A stretch of 64,000 bases of DNA, taken from Phoronis australis (Eukaryota > Animalia > Phoronida). A program made the position numbers and the translations under genes. The stretch spans positions 296,794-360,793 of the forward strand of contig NMRA01000051.1 of the NCBI GenBank assembly GCA_002633005.1, given 5' to 3'. The notes under the pieces are model-generated. The model was not told the origin of the DNA. It did no database searches and was given only the letters and a program-made list of their open reading frames with translations. Numbering within the stretch: the first letter of the stretch is position 1; each line of letters starts with the position of its first letter. Below are positions 1 to 13,865 of this stretch, piece after piece.

Positions 1-1315
1 TGCGTCATTTTCAGTTCTAAACACAAAACGCTTGCCATCCCGGCCAGTGGCTCGAAACCCGATCAGGCTTATCGCTGCCGGACTGAAGTCATCACATGAC
101 GAACATAAACTAGCCAAAGTCGGATACTTAACTTCCAGTCACGCAAAGACTATAATAGTGAGCCAAAGACAAGTGTTCACCTGATTATTTTCGTCAACTA
201 GCCGAGAAACTGCAAATCTACTCACCAGCTTGCCGGGGGCCGTGAAGTCAGGTTACCCTTCTCAAAGAATCCTCACTCAGGGCAAAACTTGGACAGTAAC
301 AACGATTCGAATACAGTGTAATTTATATGAATATCTAAATAAAGATTCCCCTAACATCTGACCATAGGATATGAAATCGAGTTATTTTTTTCACAAGCGC
401 TTTCTGTCAGTAAACACTGAATAAGCATGCGCTCACACGGTCTCGGTGCACGTCAACTATACAGGTAGTTTATGCATCTCAGTAAAGTCGGTAACGCAAT
501 GATTTATTTATTGCTGGCTTCTCAAAACACTTGCGTTCACGAACACTTCAAGGCATTACGAATTGCATTGTATCTAATGAGACAGTCTTTGTTTCAGTTT
601 TATATATGCATTGGTTAGGGTGAGAATAATTCATTTTGAAACAGGACGCACAACATAAACGTCAACGTGGCAACTCACAATCCCAACTTAGACGAGTGCT
701 CCTCCCACGAAGACCTCACAGGTCGTTCGTATTAGGTGTCACAGAAATACACTGATCAAGGAACACTAGAGAGGCTCCGTGAAGGGGCACAAAAACGGAA
801 CATATGGATAGTTCCGAAAACCGTTTGAATTACTTGTCATGATGTCAGTGAGCTAACTGCACGATGATGGAAACGACTGACGCTTGCGTTTGCTTCCACG
901 GAATTCTGCAAGTGAAACGCCTTCTTGGAGAATAGCAGATGTTTCTCACGGACCATCCTGGTTTCGCAGCGCTTCTAAAAAAGATGTGCTGGCGACGTTT
1001 TTAGGGCAGACACGGAGAAGTTTCACGACCTCATACTTGGTATCAGGAAGAGATAACCAGTCCTGGTTTATCTCTTCCTGTTGGTGTTAATGGCATACTT
1101 TTCATTCTTCACTACCGCGAGCCACATCCGAAGCAATATGGGGTCTCCAGGAAATCGAAAAAAAAACGATATACCCGCTTTCCTCGCAGCTTCATAATTC
1201 CAAAAAGCGGGAACGACACTTCTCGGCGAGGTAAGATCGACCGTATACGAGGTCATGTGGAGATAGGCCGATTAAGACGGTAAAAAAGGCTAATTAAATC
1301 AGGTGGCATTCTCCT
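1..1315. mobile_element. Kolobok-like non-autonomous DNA transposon, right part, containing a degenerate THAP domain
   Basis: Ends GGTGGCATTCTCCT|TTAA (TTAA at 1316-1319), the inverted match of TTAA|AGGAGCATGCCACC at 62616. Positions 1-720 align by eye to about 63030-64000. THAP remnant inside. Confidence 0.7.
900..1256 (-). pseudogene. Degenerate THAP zinc-finger domain (transposase-derived)
   Basis: VVPAFWN...GISFFFRFPGDPILLRMWLAVVK, then LRVC further on, matches the THAP F-x-FP-x-D...W...vC pattern. The Cys/His ligands are lost and the frame is broken. Confidence 0.65.
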
Positions 1316-1318
1316 TTA

Positions 1319-1513
1319 AGTCTAAGAATTGTCTCAACTTGCAAACTTTTGAAACTTCTACATACGGCAAGTTAGTCAAAATTAAGACGAAACTTAAGTC
1401 AAACGTAAAATTTTGTTCGTGAAACGTTCCTTAGACAAATTAAAGCTTTATCTTCAAATTGATTGAAATTTAAGATTTGTCTTAGCTACGTCAGTTTTCT
1501 TGGAACGTCCCCT
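1319..1513. mobile_element. Part of a Harbinger-like MITE, interrupted at a TTAA by the Kolobok-like element
   Basis: Reverse-complement homolog of the complete MITE at 58954-59196. Confidence 0.6.
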
Positions 1514-1962
1514 GAAGTATAGATAATAGCACTTATTGTGTATGATATAATATTTCTCATGCATTTATTTATCGTCAACATAATAATCAATTAATTACTC
1601 GTATAGACGCTCTTTGCCAGTAACCTACGGAATTGCATTTAGTAGTATCATTTTATTGTTTTCAGTTTACCGACCATTATAAATTTAACGAGTAAAGTAG
1701 CTCTTTTATTTTCAAGTAATGAAGTCGGATCGCCACAACCAGAATTTAATCAGACTCGATTCGGACTCAGACTCCAAAATTAACCAATTTGTGCCACATT
1801 ATTCGAGTACAAATCTATAAGTTCACGTGGAAGCGTGCCATGGCATGCTATGCAATTATCCAATTTATGATATAATTTCGTGAATATGAAATAGACCACG
1901 GGTCCAGTTCTCCCTGTGATCCTTCATCCATGATCTAGAAAATACCAGAATCCTCTACTTAC

Positions 1963-2022
1963 ATAAACGTCGAAGAGTTCGACGATGTATCCGCAAAAGA
2001 AGGGACAAAAGGATTGTGTGTG
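1963..2022 (-). CDS. Candidate third exon (60 nt, phase 2-2) of the minus-strand lectin paralog
   Basis: ttgcag acceptor and gtaagt donor. Open in the required phase (THNPFVPSFADTSSNSSTF). No homology support. Confidence 0.35.
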
Positions 2023-2158
2023 CTGCAACGCATACATTCTTACTATTTAACTCTTACGAATGAATTCCAGCAACCTTTTTGCTGTCTAACGAGTACATTG
2101 TGCATTTTAAGATATTAAGGTATCTTAATTCACACTGTTCTTAAGCAATCATACTTAC

Positions 2159-2324
2159 AAAATAGGAAACGGTTCTGTGAGTTCAGTTTCGCTGCAGAAA
2201 TACCATAGTGCTGCGCCTTGAATGGTACAATTATACCTGGCGTCTGAAAATGATTGGGTGCTATGACCCACCCAGTAGCAATGTACACCTTGTAAGTGCA
2301 ATCCTTCTTCACAGACTTCACTAC
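2159..2324 (-). CDS. C-type lectin domain exon 1 of the minus-strand paralog
   Basis: ttttcctcag acceptor and gtaagt donor, phase 1-2. GSEVCEEGLHLQGVHCYWVGHSTQSFSDARYNCTIQGAALWYFCSETELTEPFPI is colinear with exon 34896-35058, including LWYF and the donor position. Confidence 0.88.
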
Positions 2325-2948
2325 CTGAGGAAAAACAACTCCAAAACCATGGCCATTGCATATGCCAGTTCAAATGACTTTTTACACATTCTCCGGAGAG
2401 TTTTCTGTCTTAGAAAAACTCAATACCTTTGTAATTGTCAAGGATATTTCCTAAATAGATGATACGCATCTTTTTAGTAGTTCAACCAACTATCGATCGT
2501 GTTTAATACATCATATGCTTCTTGAAGCCTATAATATCAAAGCATTATCGCCATTTTCATTAAAACACGCACTCACAGCTTGTAACATTTGTCAGATTCT
2601 TAGCACAAGGACCATAAGAAAAATGCAGGTAGATCATAATAGCGTGACTCACGCGTTGGCACTAGACCCTGTGAATGCAGTTTCAGAGCAAAACACATTG
2701 TTTGATCTCTCAATGCAGCAAGGATCAAAGATGTATCACGTCATCAAGATGAGTTGGGGATGGCAATGGGATCACGTGCCAACCATCATTCTTACGTTAC
2801 TAACAGCATCTCTTCTAAAAAGCACCCGTAAATGTAAAACTACTCAACTACTCTACCACTCAAAACGCTTTATGCGAGAACGCTGAATTGTCTCATTTAC
2901 ATTTAACGCAGTTTATGTTGAAGTCAAGTTTAAAATGCAATTACTCAC

Positions 2949-2997
2949 CTGTCAATGATACCAGAAACAAGAGTGCACACCAAAATGACAGAGACAT
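2949..2997 (-). CDS. Signal-peptide exon of the minus-strand lectin paralog
   Basis: ATG, MSLSFWCALLFLVSLT, then g|gtgagt. Phase 1 fits the next exon. There is an upstream acceptor near 3032. Confidence 0.8.
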
Positions 2998-5900
2998 TCT
3001 GTCCTTGAAATAGAATTTACCATACACGGCCCTGTTGTAAACAGAAGGAAAAAATGAACGGTCCTAATAACAGTCCGAGGAGTTTCTGGTGGACTACTTC
3101 GACTATTACTATGCCAACATCAACTTATTACGGATCATTGAGAGCGCCATAAGTCAATTGTCCAATGAGCGGCGACCCTTGAGGCTTAAACCATTTGATG
3201 AGGCAGAGCACGGAACCTTTTAACATTGTCAACGTTATAAGGACATTCTTTCAACGATATCTTTCTAAGAATTAACACACATCTACGATTTCTACGTCAC
3301 GATTATGTTTCATTTTCTGTACACATATGTTACTTGTTAAAAGAAATTTATGTCCTTAACCGTTGAAACAAGGTGTTCCACAGAAATTGGAACTCCGAGT
3401 AAAACAGAAATTGCTGTGTAGTAAACGTAAGCCCCACGTAGGCCACACAAGTATTCGGTAAATCAGCGAATTCGTTATAATAATCAGTGAAATGTCACAT
3501 TCCACCAAAGATGCTAACGTTTGATTTAGACCATTTATAGTTACATGTATAAAAATGATCCCTGTAATGACGAGTGGCTTCTGGGTTCGTTATAGCTAGA
3601 GACATGACGTGCGTTCAGTAGACGCTAGGACCTACGCTAGGATCTAGCTAAAACCTAGTCAAAGTCACGTGTTCTCATTTAAAACACACGTCAATATTTC
3701 ACGTAATGTCGCGAAGTCTTGCTTTTTAGCGAGGTCCCATCGTTACTGAACGGGATTCGGGCTCGGTGCATAAATGATTATCGTCACGAGCAAACTCGTA
3801 GAGCCTGACGTCAAGCAATGACAAACTGCCATTTCTTTCCAAGTGCAGAAACATTATCTAATTTGATTTGTGAGAACAACCCCTGAGCGGTAAACGGTCT
3901 AAACTTTGGACACATTTTTGTGGCAGACAGTGTGTTTATAGACGTTTTACTATTAGCAAGCATATCCGAAATCGATTACTTTGATATTTACCTAAGTTTC
4001 ATGAAACGGGTTCCTGGATTCTGTTTCACCAAAGGCTATTTGAGACTTCAGTCAGAAATTTAGTGTTACTATTCCATCCCACAGTTACAAAATAAAGCTA
4101 TAGCCATATAGTTATTGAGCGGACCACTGCCTAGAATTCATTAATACACATTATCACGGGTATCTAGTGGTTATCATGGGTTTATTTTGAGAGACCTTGT
4201 GTATTTTGTTCTAAAGTTAGATCTAACTATTTTCCAGAAACAGCACTGTGAAGCGTAAAACCAAACTATTCAACATAAAATACAATCGTGTTTTTGATCT
4301 AGTCTGCTAATACATGTACATAAACAATAAAATTGACACCAGGGGAACAGTAGTAGTTTGATTCCTCCAAAAGTTATCTCTTTCATCGTCTTGCACTGGC
4401 CTAAGAGATACACTGGCAGCTGTGGGCGCCATAAGGACAGATCATAGTGGACGCCGGACACAGGACACCAAGTAATGATGAAGCAGCATACGCCCAAGAG
4501 ATCATGAGTTGAAAATGTCACCGTGATGAATTTTTAAATGACCCGCGTTATCCCCACTGGACTGACATGACATACAATATGCAAGACCCTTTTCGCTAAA
4601 CCGATTGCCTGCACGTTTGACATTTTATGGGACAATACAAAGAATACATGTGAGGCTAATGAGTCACAGTGCCTACAAAGCCAGGGAGTGCTCATGAATA
4701 TTAATATTCAAAAGGTTATTATCACATGTCCACGTGGGAGCAATTCCAACTATAGCTGTGGAAAAGGTGCAGCTGATCAACGAAATGTGATTCAAGCATT
4801 TCACCCAAAGAATGCTAAACCGCCTCTATGAATGTAAGAGTCCAACAAACATCTCTCTCCTTCTCAAGAACTTCTTTTAGCTACTCTCAAAATAACTACC
4901 AGGCAATGAATTCAAACAGACTGAATTGATATGCCTCGGCAGCCAGAACGCTTTAGTGAGGTTGTTTTTTTTTCAACAACTTGACAAAGGCAGGCGCAAT
5001 TGATTGTAATCATTGTCATAACAAATTAACAAAAATGCAAATATTCTTTGGTGACAAACGTGTTCTTTTATGATGACGAATTTGGTACGCTGACGACGTT
5101 AGGCCATTTTTAGTAGTTGTCAGAGGAGAGTGGGAGTAGACCACTAAAGGCGTGTTTATATTATTTGGATAATACGTAATAGCTGTCCACAGTCTGTGTA
5201 TGTGACTTATTCAACTTCTCATTGAACAGTTTGTAAGCAACGACTATTTGTCCTTTAGCGCAGATATCAATGGGGGGATATCAAAACGATTCCCACTAAG
5301 CTATACACCCACCAATAGTTTATCTATTCGTACTGAAACGTCTCCACTAAACTGACATCCATTATCAGCTCATTCGCCAACCCGCTATTTGATAAAGGAC
5401 TTGGCGCTAGGCAGTAAAGTTAATGCACACTACAGGGGCGGATCCAGAATTTTCAGTAGGGTTCTTTTCATGCAACACCCTTAATATAAGGTCTAAGCAC
5501 CTATTTATTTTCATTGAACTAATTGGTAAGTTTTAGATAATTCCCTTGGGGCCAGTATGTCGTAAGCTCGTTGCATTGAGACCAGTAGAAAGTCCTATCC
5601 AATGGTCACTTTTTTCTTTCTTGTAATAAATATAATAGTAAGCATTTATCGGTAACCGGGCGATGTGCGCCAAAGGTACAATATCCGTGCGACCTGCATT
5701 GTTATATCCGACGATGATGACGCAACAAAGGAAAACAATGATAGTGTGCCAAAGGCGATAACCATGAGACGTATGGAACGCCCCTAGCGTCACCTTGTGA
5801 CGGGTCTTTTCTGACACGTGACGAGTCATTTTTGACACGCTGACGCGTCAATGATGCTGTCGAACTCGTGTGGATGTTCTTAAAAGAACCAATCAGTGTT

Positions 5901-6913
5901 AAGGTTTTACAGTGTGTTGACTAAACCAATGAAATCGTCATGTTTTGAGGTGACTGACAAGAACAAAGGCTGTCAATCTTATATCGACTTAGTATTCCAA
6001 GAGACAAAAACAGGAGTTAACACGGAAGTGTCCCGGAAATGTGCATTCGGTATGGTTTCAAGGAATTTGTACGATCAGCAAGTACTAATAACGAAGATGT
6101 GTACGGCGACGACTATTTCTTGTGATGGTGCATTCCAGGAATTCCTTTCACCAAACATGAGTACGACCAACAGCAAAGCGTAAGCGCGTGTCGGCGAGTG
6201 CAAAAGAGTTAAGCCAACATGGCGGTCAGAAGAAGCGCAACATTTATAATGGAACTTCGTGGTGCAAGCTTGTGTACTGGGATCGATGTCACGATGTCTG
6301 AATTTGTTGTCGATTGTAAACGTGACCTGGAGTGTTGCTGTAGACATATTTCAATGGACCAAGTGTTGCAAGACACCGTCACTTTAGTGAAAGCGAAGTA
6401 AGTTGTCCTTTTTGTTGGCCGGGTGTGCTCGATTTGTGTACTATCAGTGTAGGTTGTGCAAACGAATAGAGTCGTACCCCGTGTTGACAATTAACTATAG
6501 TCTAAAGACTACTACGGGAAGTCGGGAAGGTACTTATGATTTGGAAAATTATGATGCACACCCATTTAGAGAGTGGACTCTATATCGCAGTACCGGCAAA
6601 GGGGCCCATCTGTAAGAAACTCCTTGAGAAACTCACTTTTTGACAAAAATTTTCCCAAAAACCGCCTTTTGTTTGGGTTAATTTCATCAGAAGGGAGGGG
6701 TGGTTCTCTACTCTAGTGAAAGTGTGCCACCAAGAGGTCAGAATTTGGTTACCAAAAAGGTATTTAACCTACTTGGAAACCAGAAATTCCCTTTTGTAAT
6801 CAGTGACACAAAAAATCATAGAGGGACACATTTGTATACATATATACCTCTGACCTAAATTCACAAAAGGAAGACTGATGTAGCCCCAGGTTTCAGTGCT
6901 TGCCACGTGGCTG

Positions 6914-7366
6914 TGCTGTGCGTGAACTTGGAATCCTGCTTAATCTCAAGATTAAGCGGAAGTGAGTGTTGCGTGAACTTGGAATTGAATATTCTTTAAG
7001 GCAAAAAGGTGAAATTTTTGTTCGGTGACAAGGATTTTTGTAATTATTGGCCTCGCGATCAACCATTTTCTCCTTTACCGTAACTAATGTCGCTGAACAG
7101 GTGGAATATGTGAAGGGTAGAGAATTATGACATATATTAATTGATTATTGGGTGGTGAAACTGATCGCTCGTAGTTAAACAGGTTGGTTAAAATTGACAT
7201 TATTTTATTCAATTGTAACTTGATTTGAATGCAGTGCAAATTTTTATGAACATGAACGTGATTATTTGAGTGAACTTGTCAAGTTGCTTCGCGTATTCCA
7301 AGTTCAAACAACACTCACTTTCGCATAATCTTGAGATTAAGCAGGATTCCAAGTTCACGCACAGCA
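6914..7366. mobile_element. MITE with about 40-bp perfect TIRs nested in the IS3EU-like element
   Basis: TGCTGTGCGTGAACTTGGAATCCTGCTTAATCTCAAGATTA and its exact reverse complement at about 7326-7366. Confidence 0.75.
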
Positions 7367-7833
7367 TCTCAAGGCAAGTTTCGGCCTCAGAGTGGCTTAC
7401 CCAGAAAATTCTGCCCCCTCCCACACACTATATAGTGAAAAGGACACATATCTTGAATGAATGTGGCCAAAAGCTGACAAATTCCTTGAATGTGTCGCGT
7501 TACTGAATGAACGGTACTCCAATAGGCATGAACACTGAACCTTCATACTAGTACCCCAGATTTTTGTGTGATCTGTCAATCTTGCATTCTTGTGTGAAAA
7601 GTGTTTACTAAAAATTTGCACTCAGTCCCTATAACAGGACACCCACATTTCTTCAAAAAGCCCTTGCGGCGAGTTTACTCTCATGTTTGAGTCGTTTCCT
7701 ATAATTAATGGATTTGGCCCAGCCATCTATTACACAGAAATTGATGTTGAGACAAAAATATTCTCAGTGTCTTGCAATGTGCCTGGCCCTTCCAGAGTAA
7801 CAGTTTGATAAATAACTTATTGTTATTTTACAG

Positions 7834-9278
7834 GTTGACTAGTTTAACTAGAAGTATACCAAATGCTGTTGTTGGTGGTGGTGTTGATCAGGCTTATGCA
7901 GCAAAACTATTGAATTTTGCTTGGAGGTTAATGGAGGAGGCAGATCAAGCTGCATATGAATCAAGTGAGCATCATTGTTTGCGTATTGTAGTTTTGGCCT
8001 TGTAAATCTATTGAATGAGTACTAGTAATATGACTACCTCTTTTTAACACAGTGTAATTTTAACAATTGAACCGATGCTTATTAAAGGTACCAGCATATC
8101 ACCTTTACCTTGAGATCCCTCTACTGTGGGTAATAGCATTTTCAGGTTATTCCTATGTGCATTACTAGGTGTTCAGTGCTGCCAGATTTATTGCACGAGT
8201 TAATAGAGAACTTACGGATGACTGGTTACTGAATAATTAGTACCAAAAACCTATTTGAAAATGATTCCATACAGATGTCCCTCGTTTTACATGACCAAAA
8301 CTCACCTGTGTGCATTTCAACGTGATATTGTTTACGAATATATGTGTATTTGGTATCCTGTAACTGGCCATATACGAAAGCTCTCTATTCTTTTGTTTAA
8401 CATTTCAGTGTGTGATGTGTATTACATGTGAAAACACATGTACATTGCAGGGGCAACGATATTTGGGCACAATCAAAGTTTGACAGAACCTCATCTCACT
8501 TAGAGTGTATGATAAAGGCAAACTTCACACGACAAGAGATGGCCGAATCAATGGGAGTTACTTCCTCTACCATATCACGTCGACTGAAGTATGTAATAAT
8601 TTCATTACCACTGTTCAAGAATTGACACTGTCTCCTGACTAGTGCTTAAGCTGCTACCAATTTGATGGACAGGGCTTTTAATTAGTGGTGATTAATGCAA
8701 TTGTATCATTTTTGTGGTATAGTAAAGAATCTTTAGATTGTTTCTGGTAAATCTCATCCATTGAACATTGGAAACCATGAATTGCATGATCCTACACGGT
8801 ATCATGTACAGAGTGTGGAAATTAGGCGAAATTCAAGGTGGCGGAAGCCGCCATCTTGAACTATAAAAAATGCTCAAAGTTGCACAAAGTGCAACCAAGT
8901 TACTTTTATTCTCCTAACCATATATAATAAATTTCCAAAAGAAAACTTTACAGTAAACAACTTTGCAGGGTCAACTTTTTGGCAACTAGACTACTGCTTT
9001 TCAACTTTTTGGCAAACTGTGTCAAACCCCGTTAAACAGTAATAGTGCAGTTACTATCCCTATTTGACACATTTTACATTTTGTATTTATGTAACTGTTA
9101 AGCAATCACTTGAAGTAGTATGCACACTCTTGACAGTTGTATCCTAAAGCCACGCATGGTGCATAGGCTTCGACGTAAAAAAGGTCGATGTTTCTTCGTC
9201 CTCAGGGAGTATGCCAAGTCTTCAAGACAATACAATGAGGTTGCGGACTCACAACTAGACTCAGCTGTTGGAGGCATA
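7834..9278 (+). pseudogene. Spliced N-terminal fragment of an IS3EU-type transposase (exons about 7834-7964, 8451-8588, 9206-9278)
   Basis: The HTH exon HLECMIKANFTRQEMAESMGVTSSTISRRLK splices in frame to EYAKSSRQYNEVADSQLDSAVGGI with GT-AG boundaries. No DDE core seen. Confidence 0.6.
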
Positions 9279-10612
9279 GTTGGTTTGTATTGTTAAATTG
9301 CACTTCAAAGTTCAACTAAATTATTTATCAGTGGATTATAATAACCGTAAAAACCTGCAAATAAGCGCATGTGAAACAAGTCAATGCATTTTTTGCCAAA
9401 CTTTCCTACTCAAATGTTCCGCACATATATGTGCATGTACTTAAGCTTCGCAATTATGTGCGTGCGAGTCACCTCATACAGATGCACCATGGTGCTCCGA
9501 TTTTAGACCAACTCTTCTTGTTTTTGAAAAAACACTATTCCACCCAACTCTGGGAGTAACAAAAATAGGAGTAATTGTCCAAAAATATACCAAAATTGTA
9601 CTTTTATCTTAAGTCTTGAATGGGCATGGAGAAAACTAAAGTACCATGTGCATTAATAGTTCGACCATCATAATCAGAGCAAGTTCTACTTAAATGTTGG
9701 AGGCACATGTGCTCAGTTGCAGGCTGAGGAAAACGAACATACCAAATGACGTGCGAGACAAGATTTCAGTATGTCGTATGAAATTTAATTGTGCCCAGGG
9801 CATGTAGTGTGCTCCAAAAATGAGCCCTGTAAATTTGTTGTTTACTTTCAATATGGTTCTTAAGATGTTTTCTGAAACAGAACACTGGAACAAAATGCTT
9901 TTGATGTGATGTTAAAACATACATACGATGTTTATGTCAAGAAGAAAAATGCATGCATGTGACAGCAGTAATTTTAAATGCATTTAATTTAGCCTCAAGC
10001 TGTGAATTTTCATGTTATGTTCTCTATAGTGGAGGTACTGTTTGTTCTTTAACCAGAATTATCATGAATGCTTTGAAAAATGGAATGGAACTGTCAACTG
10101 TTTACAGATGCTGCTTAAGCCCCTGTCACATTCGTGGTATGATGCTAGCAGGGCAACAAAAATGCTGTTGAACGATAGTCTTCTGTATTGACATATTCGC
10201 AGTCACATTTGTTGTACAAATGTCTTACGACATTAAACCAAGGTGTTGCAAGACATTGTATGCCTGGCATCCAATGATGTTATGATATGTAGTCATATTT
10301 TTAATGTTCGATGATCCCAGAGCATGTACGTGATGGCAAAATGTTTGGGGGACTGTCGGTTGTCTAGTACGATTGTAGGACTATTCTAGACTCGGATAAC
10401 CCAAAGATCGTATGTCAGTCGTACAACTATCATACAACAAATGTGAGGCATCGCACCACAGTGTTACGATATAGATCTGTTGTAGAACTGTTGTACGACG
10501 TTGAAATGATTTTGAACAAGTTCAAAATTTCCCGACGCTGTTCTTGGCATGCAATGCGGTAAAATCTCACTAATTTCAGACCATAATACATGTAATTGCC
10601 AAAACCGTCCAT

Positions 10613-11992
10613 TTTTTTGCGCCCACATGTTTATGTGCGTCCGCATCTGTATCTCCTAAACCCCTCACAGGATCTTGAAGAGATTTGATAGATGTGTTTC
10701 TATGAAGCTGACAACAGATGATGACAAATTTCAGACCTATCCTACTACCGGTGTGCCCTCTAGTGGCAATTTTATTTTTTACGCTTATTTCTATATCTTC
10801 AGAGATCCTAAAATGATTTTCATAAAATTTGAAATATAGGCATCTATCAGTGAGATGACGCTAACCTCTCGTTTTCAGATATATTTGCGGTATTTTGAAC
10901 CACCTAGTGGCCATTTTTGTTGTCTTCGAGTCTGTTTTTTGGCGTCTGCCCCTTTATCAACCAAACTACTCCAAGGATGATTATGAAAATTGGCATATAG
11001 GTTGTTACTATGACGAGGACAGCTGAGGATGATTTTCTGACGACTTCAACTGCTGTGGCGCCTCCTAGTGGCAATTTTGTTTGTTTTTGTGCCCATGGCT
11101 GTATCTCCTTAACGCTATGCAGGATCTGTACTAAATTGAGGTAGTGTATTTGTATGAAGTCGACAAAAAACTACGTCGGCTTTCAGACGGATCGGACTAT
11201 CGGTGTGCCCCCTAGTGGCAATTTTTATTTTTTATGTTCACCTCTATCTTCAAATGTCCTTAACGGATTTTCATGAAATTTTTCACATGGGCTTCAATTA
11301 GTGGTATGACACCATTTTCCGGCAATTTCATTTTTTTTCATTTTCCTCTGTTTCTCTGAAGTTCCTTGATGGATTTGTATGAAATTTTGTAAATAGGTTT
11401 CTATTAAAGAAGTGGCGACATTTTCCTATTTTGTTATGGGTTGGACGTATTTTGCGCCATCTAGTGGCAATTTTTACTGTTTTCTTGTCTTTTTTTGGCG
11501 TCTGCCCCTCTATGAACCCTACAAACCACTCTAAGGATGTTTGTGAAAATTAGCACATATGTTCTTAGTGTGAAGAGGATGGTTGACCGTGTTTTTCTGA
11601 GGACTTCGCCTACTGTGGCACTTTTGTTTTTTTGCAGACATAGCTGTACTCTCCAGGCTCCTAAACCCACTGCAGAATCTTTATGAAATTTACCAAGTGT
11701 ATTTATATGAAGTTGACTACGGATGATGATAACGATTTTCAGACGGATGTAATCAATGATGTGCCCCTTGGTGACAATTTCATTTTTTTCTGTTTTCCTC
11801 TGTTTCTCTGAAGTTCCTTGACGGATTTTTATGAATTCTGATAGCTTTCTATTAAAGACCTGTTTCCGCTTTCGGATGACTTCAACGTATTTTGCGCCAT
11901 CTAGTGGCCATTTTTCTGATAGAAATAAATACCCTTAGAAGCACTCCATTTTCTGAGCATTTGTGGGCGCATTTTAACGCCCTGCATTGCTC
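10613..11992 (+). mobile_element. Helentron-associated (HINE/DINE-like) element with an internal degenerate tandem array
   Basis: T-run flanks, sub-terminal IR TGCGCCCACA / TGTGGGCGCA, 3' hairpin GGGCG...CGCCC, and about 145-150 bp internal subunits, most with a GCC-N3-TAGTGGC motif. Confidence 0.6.
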
Positions 11993-12660
11993 TTTTTTAT
12001 TTTTAAAGGCTTCTAATGTTGTGAATGCTCACAAGTTTTCAAAAATTTGTTTGATGGTAGCTATGGTGCAAAACTTGAAAATGAGAAAGCAATAGTTTGG
12101 GGATACTAATGTTCTATGCAAAAAGCAGAAAATAAAACGTCAGTTGTGTGCCATCTTGTGTCCCAAATGTTGTACCACGGTCTCTTCACTGTCGTGATTT
12201 TCCTTAACTTCTGTCGCCGACACATCATATACTGTCCCGTCATACGACAAATGCGACGGGCTTAAGTCAGCTGTAATTTCACCTCATGGTTTCTGCTTAT
12301 TTGTTTAAAGGTATTTAGTGGGTCACGAATGATCAAGTTTCAACTATAATTTCTGATAAAAGATAGTAGCCCCTGTGAGACCGAGTGCCTTAGTGCAGTA
12401 CTGCAAATGTGCTTACATGGGGTGCCACAAATGTTTGTTGCTAATGTGCATATCACATTTTTAATATTAAATACTAACTGTTCAGAAACATGGCTATATT
12501 TTTCCTGTCTTACATACACTATAAGTACATCTTTTGTTTTAGATACTGGAATAGACAGTGACACTCGGTTCCTGGTGTATGGGAAAGCATCCTTTAACAA
12601 CTGTTCTACAACTGTCCTTGATTGCTTTCAAAAAGCGGTAATGAAGTAAGGTGTACCCTC

Positions 12661-12969
12661 NNNNNNNNNNNNNNNNNNNNNNNNNNNNNNNNNNNNNNNN
12701 NNNNNNNNNNNNNNNNNNNNNNNNNNNNNNNNNNNNNNNNNNNNNNNNNNNNNNNNNNNNNNNNNNNNNNNNNNNNNNNNNNNNNNNNNNNNNNNNNNNN
12801 NNNNNNNNNNNNNNNNNNNNNNNNNNNNNNNNNNNNNNNNNNNNNNNNNNNNNNNNNNNNNNNNNNNNNNNNNNNNNNNNNNNNNNNNNNNNNNNNNNNN
12901 NNNNNNNNNNNNNNNNNNNNNNNNNNNNNNNNNNNNNNNNNNNNNNNNNNNNNNNNNNNNNNNNNNNNN
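12661..12969. other. Assembly gap
   Basis: Run of N. Confidence 1.
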
Positions 12970-13241
12970 TACTTTGTGCCAATTTTTATTGGGACATCCC
13001 ATAGCTCCTATATCAGCTGAATGCTTTTGGGACACCTGATATTACCACCACTGTTGAAGGTGAAACTGCTATTCCTAGGCAAATCTCAAACACTTGTATT
13101 GCTAAGCAATTTCATATATTGTGTTATACAGTCCTTCAAACATATCTTGAAAAGAAACAGAAGTATTGTTATGGTAATCCTATAATTCAAATGTCATGCC
13201 TCTGACCACCGTATTGTCCCTTTATTAAAGGCATCTCTACT

Positions 13242-13523
13242 CAGTAGCGGATCTAGGATACCATAAGGGGTGCCCAACATGTTGCCTTGGGGAATTGGGC
13301 AAAGCGCGATTGTATGTGCACAGAGGCCCGAAAGTTACGGGGGCCGGGATGTGGACGTTCCCTTCAGAAAATCTATCGGTGGACACGATTCCTCTGGTAT
13401 GTGAGCCCCCCTCATCCGCTACCGGTCCTAGTTGCTGAACTCTATATTTCCTCACGGTTCACGCTGTTGCTGCTTCATTTTGCGTGCGGCAGCCGGGGGG
13501 GGGGCCCCCTAAATCCTCCTATG
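13242..13523. mobile_element. GC-rich-ended MITE with 5-bp TSD
   Basis: CTACT|CAGTAGCGGATCTAGG...CCTAAATCCTCCTATG|CTACT. Confidence 0.6.
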
Positions 13524-13865
13524 CTACTTAATGTTTTAAGTTCAAACGCACGATATGTTTAAGAGTTCTCGCAAATCCCTACTCGGCAAAGAAGTGCAAG
13601 AAACATTCATTTCCCTGTATGAAGGCCATTACCGATGTAAGGTAAAAAACAGAAAAACACGGTCAAACGCATTAAAATGATGCTGTGGTCATTAAAATTT
13701 ATTAAAAGACTTTTTCACTGACCAATTTAATGCATTTTATGGCGTTTTAGTTTTTAGTACTTCAAATAACAAACAATAACAGGCAACAACTTTCTCACAA
13801 AAGAACATACCCTGTCTTCACCAAGCATTTTATGTAAAAAATATATTATAAAAATGGCCAGCACT

